A stretch of 63,902 bases of DNA, counting the filler, from Collodictyon triciliatum (taxonomy: Eukaryota): NCBI GenBank assembly GCA_043381765.1. It is 10 parts of 10 records of this genome, joined end to end, with 100 filler letters (N's around TTAATTAATTAA, not from the genome) between each part and the next. Parts side by side here need not be neighbours in the genome. Positions count along the whole stretch, not along the records: positions 60,133 to 63,902 come from JBHJMP010004407.1; 9 more parts are not named here. The stretch is one strand, 5' to 3'. A program made the translations under genes and the position numbers. The notes beneath the pieces were generated by a model. The model was given only the letters and a program-made list of their open reading frames with translations. It did no database searches and was not told the DNA's origin. Shown piece by piece: positions 61,221-63,902 of the stretch (position 1 is its first letter; each line of letters opens with the position of its first letter).

Positions 61221-63500
61221 ATGATTTTTAACTCACAACCTCTGCTCAAATTGTGCGAATTGATCAACTCCGTCCCATGCAAAAGAGTCGAAAACAAAAT
61301 CAAACAGAAACACATTTACTCGCAGAGTCCAAACTTTGAAAACTTTAGAAAGACAAAAGAAGGAAAAAGCTACGGCCTCATGAAAGTCGAAGTGATCGAG
61401 GAGGAGGCTATATCTATGTCATTGCGCACGCGCCAAGAGGTTTGGGTACAGAGGGGCACGTCGCTTGCGGAACCAGGAAAGAGTGGGCCGTCAGACAGCC
61501 GAAACGGAAAAGGGTTTATCTGTTGCGAGTCTCCGCCATCCCAAACAGGAGCCATTCAAGAGAACTCAGTTCTCGTAAGTCATCAAGCTATCCCTCCGAA
61601 CAGCAACAAAAGACAGTCTACTGCTGTCGTGAATGAAGAGGAAGAAAAGGCTTGTGGGGTAGGCCTCCGTGATATTCTGGGAAACTCAAACACCCAAGAG
61701 ACCAAAATAGAGGGGGGTGGGAACCACGCTATTTCTAAAGAAAGCAATCACGGCCTACAGGCTAATAGAAAAGATACCACTTTAACAAAGATGTCCCTCA
61801 AGAGAACGGTCAAGATAATAGAGAAGAGGAAGACGATAGTCACGGTTTTGGTCACAAATCAGAAGCTGCTTAAGTTATACCTAGGCTTTTACAGGAATAA
61901 GGTTGTATCATATATAATTGCTTTGCTTTGGATCATCTGTACTGTCAACTCCCTGTCAATCAGCATGGGTAATCAATTAATCGGGGAATATGTCTATGTA
62001 CCTCTCCAAACAATCTGCACAGTGAATTACTTACTTCACCACGCTATTTTTTTCCGAATTTCAATTATCCAAGAGCTTTCAAAGTCATTTAACTTCTGGT
62101 TTACCCTCATTAATGTGATCTCTTTTCACATTTGCCTAGTACTACTATGTGGACCAACTTTGTGTAACTATATGGCTGCTTTCCATTCATGCTACAGTCT
62201 CGTTTTACTTCTATTACTTTATGACGCTCACGCAGCAAAGAATACAATCCAATTACGTTTTTCATTATTCATGGGGATACTAGCGTATATACCTGTCCTC
62301 GTATCATTGCTTTTCAGGTTGACTATTTTCAAGTATGAAAAAATATACTCTGAGACTATGGGAATCGAAATCATCGATTTAAGGCTCCAAGCTATTGATA
62401 ATCTCGCGACAATTATAGTGTACCTCCTCCGTATATTTTCTACAAATGTTGTGCTCAAGCGGCCCACAGCCATCGCCTTTGTGTCTCATTATTATGAAGT
62501 TCATGAAATCGAAGACAAGAGACGGCAAAAATACAAGATTAATAGATCGATTGTATCACCTAATATCGAAAATAAAGAACGTAGCGATGAGCTGGGAGCC
62601 CATCCATCCCCCCAGTCGTCACAAAAATCGTTGGATACTAATTTTTCGTCAAAAATGTCAAGTATGAAGAAAATCAATGAAAATCTCACAATGACACCAG
62701 ATAGAAATAACAATGACGCTGGTCCGTCCACCGAATCCTCGCAAATGAACGAAATTTGTGCAGAGAAACATCTTTTCATCGGAATTATGGTCGACCGGGA
62801 AGTTGAATATGACAGCCGCGATACAGTTTTTCATAAAATCGTGCTGAAGAGACACCCCGTTCTTGCAAAGTTCTTACTATCTAGGGCATATCATTATATG
62901 AGTATCATGATTTTCATTTTCTCATCCCTTTTTTCCCTCGCACAAGCCACAGGCGTTAGATTTAGTTTTGTTTTCAACATCATCGGTTCGTCTATCACTG
63001 TGATAGGCATATCGTCGATGATTATCCAGATAACGACGTCCTCTAATTTATTCATGACTCGTCGCATACTTCGGTCATTTGACTTTTGCTACATCATGTT
63101 CTTGATCCTAAAGGTTATTGTTTCATCAGGTGTCTTGTGTGACTGGGATATCCGCATGGTTTCATGGATGTTTTGCTCTGTTTCTATCATCCGGTGCACC
63201 ATGACAGATGCGCTGGCTGCAAAGTCGAGAAAACTGTCGAATTTGTCTTTGGTTGGATTTACATGGACACTTGTTGTTGGGTTTCTGTGCAAACTTAATT
63301 TAGGAACAACCTTTTTGCGGGATAGAGATATCAAAATCCTTGGCCTGGAATCCATATCGTCTCGAATAACATTATCTACCTCCCTTTTTTCAACCAGCGT
63401 CTTCGCCTTTCGTTTTTTCTGGAGCTATCAAAAGAATAAGAGACGTATATTTTTCGTCACAGAGAATGTGAAGGTAGAACCAGTTAACAACCCTCCGTAA
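61221..63500 (+). CDS. Intronless multi-pass membrane protein with an internal duplication, function unknown
   Basis: 759-aa ORF with two hydrophobic blocks separated by a polar linker; true start may be 61380. Confidence 0.8.
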   Translation: MIFNSQPLLKLCELINSVPCKRVENKIKQKHIYSQSPNFENFRKTKEGKSYGLMKVEVIEEEAISMSLRTRQEVWVQRGTSLAEPGKSGPSDSRNGKGFICCESPPSQTGAIQENSVLVSHQAIPPNSNKRQSTAVVNEEEEKACGVGLRDILGNSNTQETKIEGGGNHAISKESNHGLQANRKDTTLTKMSLKRTVKIIEKRKTIVTVLVTNQKLLKLYLGFYRNKVVSYIIALLWIICTVNSLSISMGNQLIGEYVYVPLQTICTVNYLLHHAIFFRISIIQELSKSFNFWFTLINVISFHICLVLLCGPTLCNYMAAFHSCYSLVLLLLLYDAHAAKNTIQLRFSLFMGILAYIPVLVSLLFRLTIFKYEKIYSETMGIEIIDLRLQAIDNLATIIVYLLRIFSTNVVLKRPTAIAFVSHYYEVHEIEDKRRQKYKINRSIVSPNIENKERSDELGAHPSPQSSQKSLDTNFSSKMSSMKKINENLTMTPDRNNNDAGPSTESSQMNEICAEKHLFIGIMVDREVEYDSRDTVFHKIVLKRHPVLAKFLLSRAYHYMSIMIFIFSSLFSLAQATGVRFSFVFNIIGSSITVIGISSMIIQITTSSNLFMTRRILRSFDFCYIMFLILKVIVSSGVLCDWDIRMVSWMFCSVSIIRCTMTDALAAKSRKLSNLSLVGFTWTLVVGFLCKLNLGTTFLRDRDIKILGLESISSRITLSTSLFSTSVFAFRFFWSYQKNKRRIFFVTENVKVEPVNNPP

Positions 63501-63902
63501 TGGTCTTTTCAAACGTCCCGTTCACCAGAAAAGTCGGATATTGGAGATGCAATAACCTCGGAAAGTATTTTTTTTTTATCATTGTTATTGGTTTGAAAGA
63601 AAATCCCCAAGTTTGCTGCGTTGTGTGGTGAAAAGGAACTTCATATCTATTCACTATCTTCCCAAAGGAATAAAAAAAAATTGCTGTTTAGAGATTACTC
63701 CTAGATATCCCTTATTTTATTTGGTTTCCCTTTCCTTTTCTTTTTTTCTTTTCTTTTTTTCTTTTCTTTTCTTTTTTTCTTTTCTTTTCTTTTTTTCTTT
63801 TCTTTTTTTCTTTTCTTTTTTTCTTTTCTTTTTTTCTTTTCTTTTTTCTTTTCTTTTTTTCTTTTCTTTTTTCTTTTCTTTTTTCTTTTCTTTTCTTTTT
63901 TT

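Overview
This window is not one locus. It is ten unrelated contigs (nine of 6,578-6,585 bp in descending length order, plus a truncated tenth) joined by artificial 100-bp spacers (44 N + TTAATTAATTAA + 44 N), so adjacency across spacers has no biological meaning. Seven contigs are AT-rich, intron-rich, microsatellite-laden eukaryotic DNA, probably an amoebozoan-like protist (inference). They carry a three-C1 diacylglycerol kinase, a Roco kinase, a non-LTR RT fragment, a RING/B-box/NHL protein, TRAPPC13, MOB4, a PHO80-type cyclin, CWF19L1, ANKZF1/Vms1, a Gal3ST-like sulfotransferase and PCCA. The tenth carries an intronless, internally duplicated membrane protein. Highlights: (1) Two intronless, gene-dense Polinton-like-virus/virophage-type contigs (46777-53354 and 53455-60032) share one syntenic cassette (fibre, penton, basic protein, A32 ATPase) but differ in fibre body and replication module. 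One has ThyX plus a minimal pPolB-like protein with a YVHTDS motif and no recognisable exonuclease or thumb; the other has an AEP primase-SF3 helicase. Each has its own fixed-spacing upstream motifs. (2) A decayed Fanzor1-type RNA-guided nuclease retains all three RuvC acidic residues and is followed by a foldable omegaRNA-like 3' region. (3) The Roco protein, once spliced, carries extra C-terminal LRRs and ends in a K-Ras-like polybasic CaaX tail. All calls come from reading motifs by eye; no searches were run, and boundaries of spliced genes are approximate.
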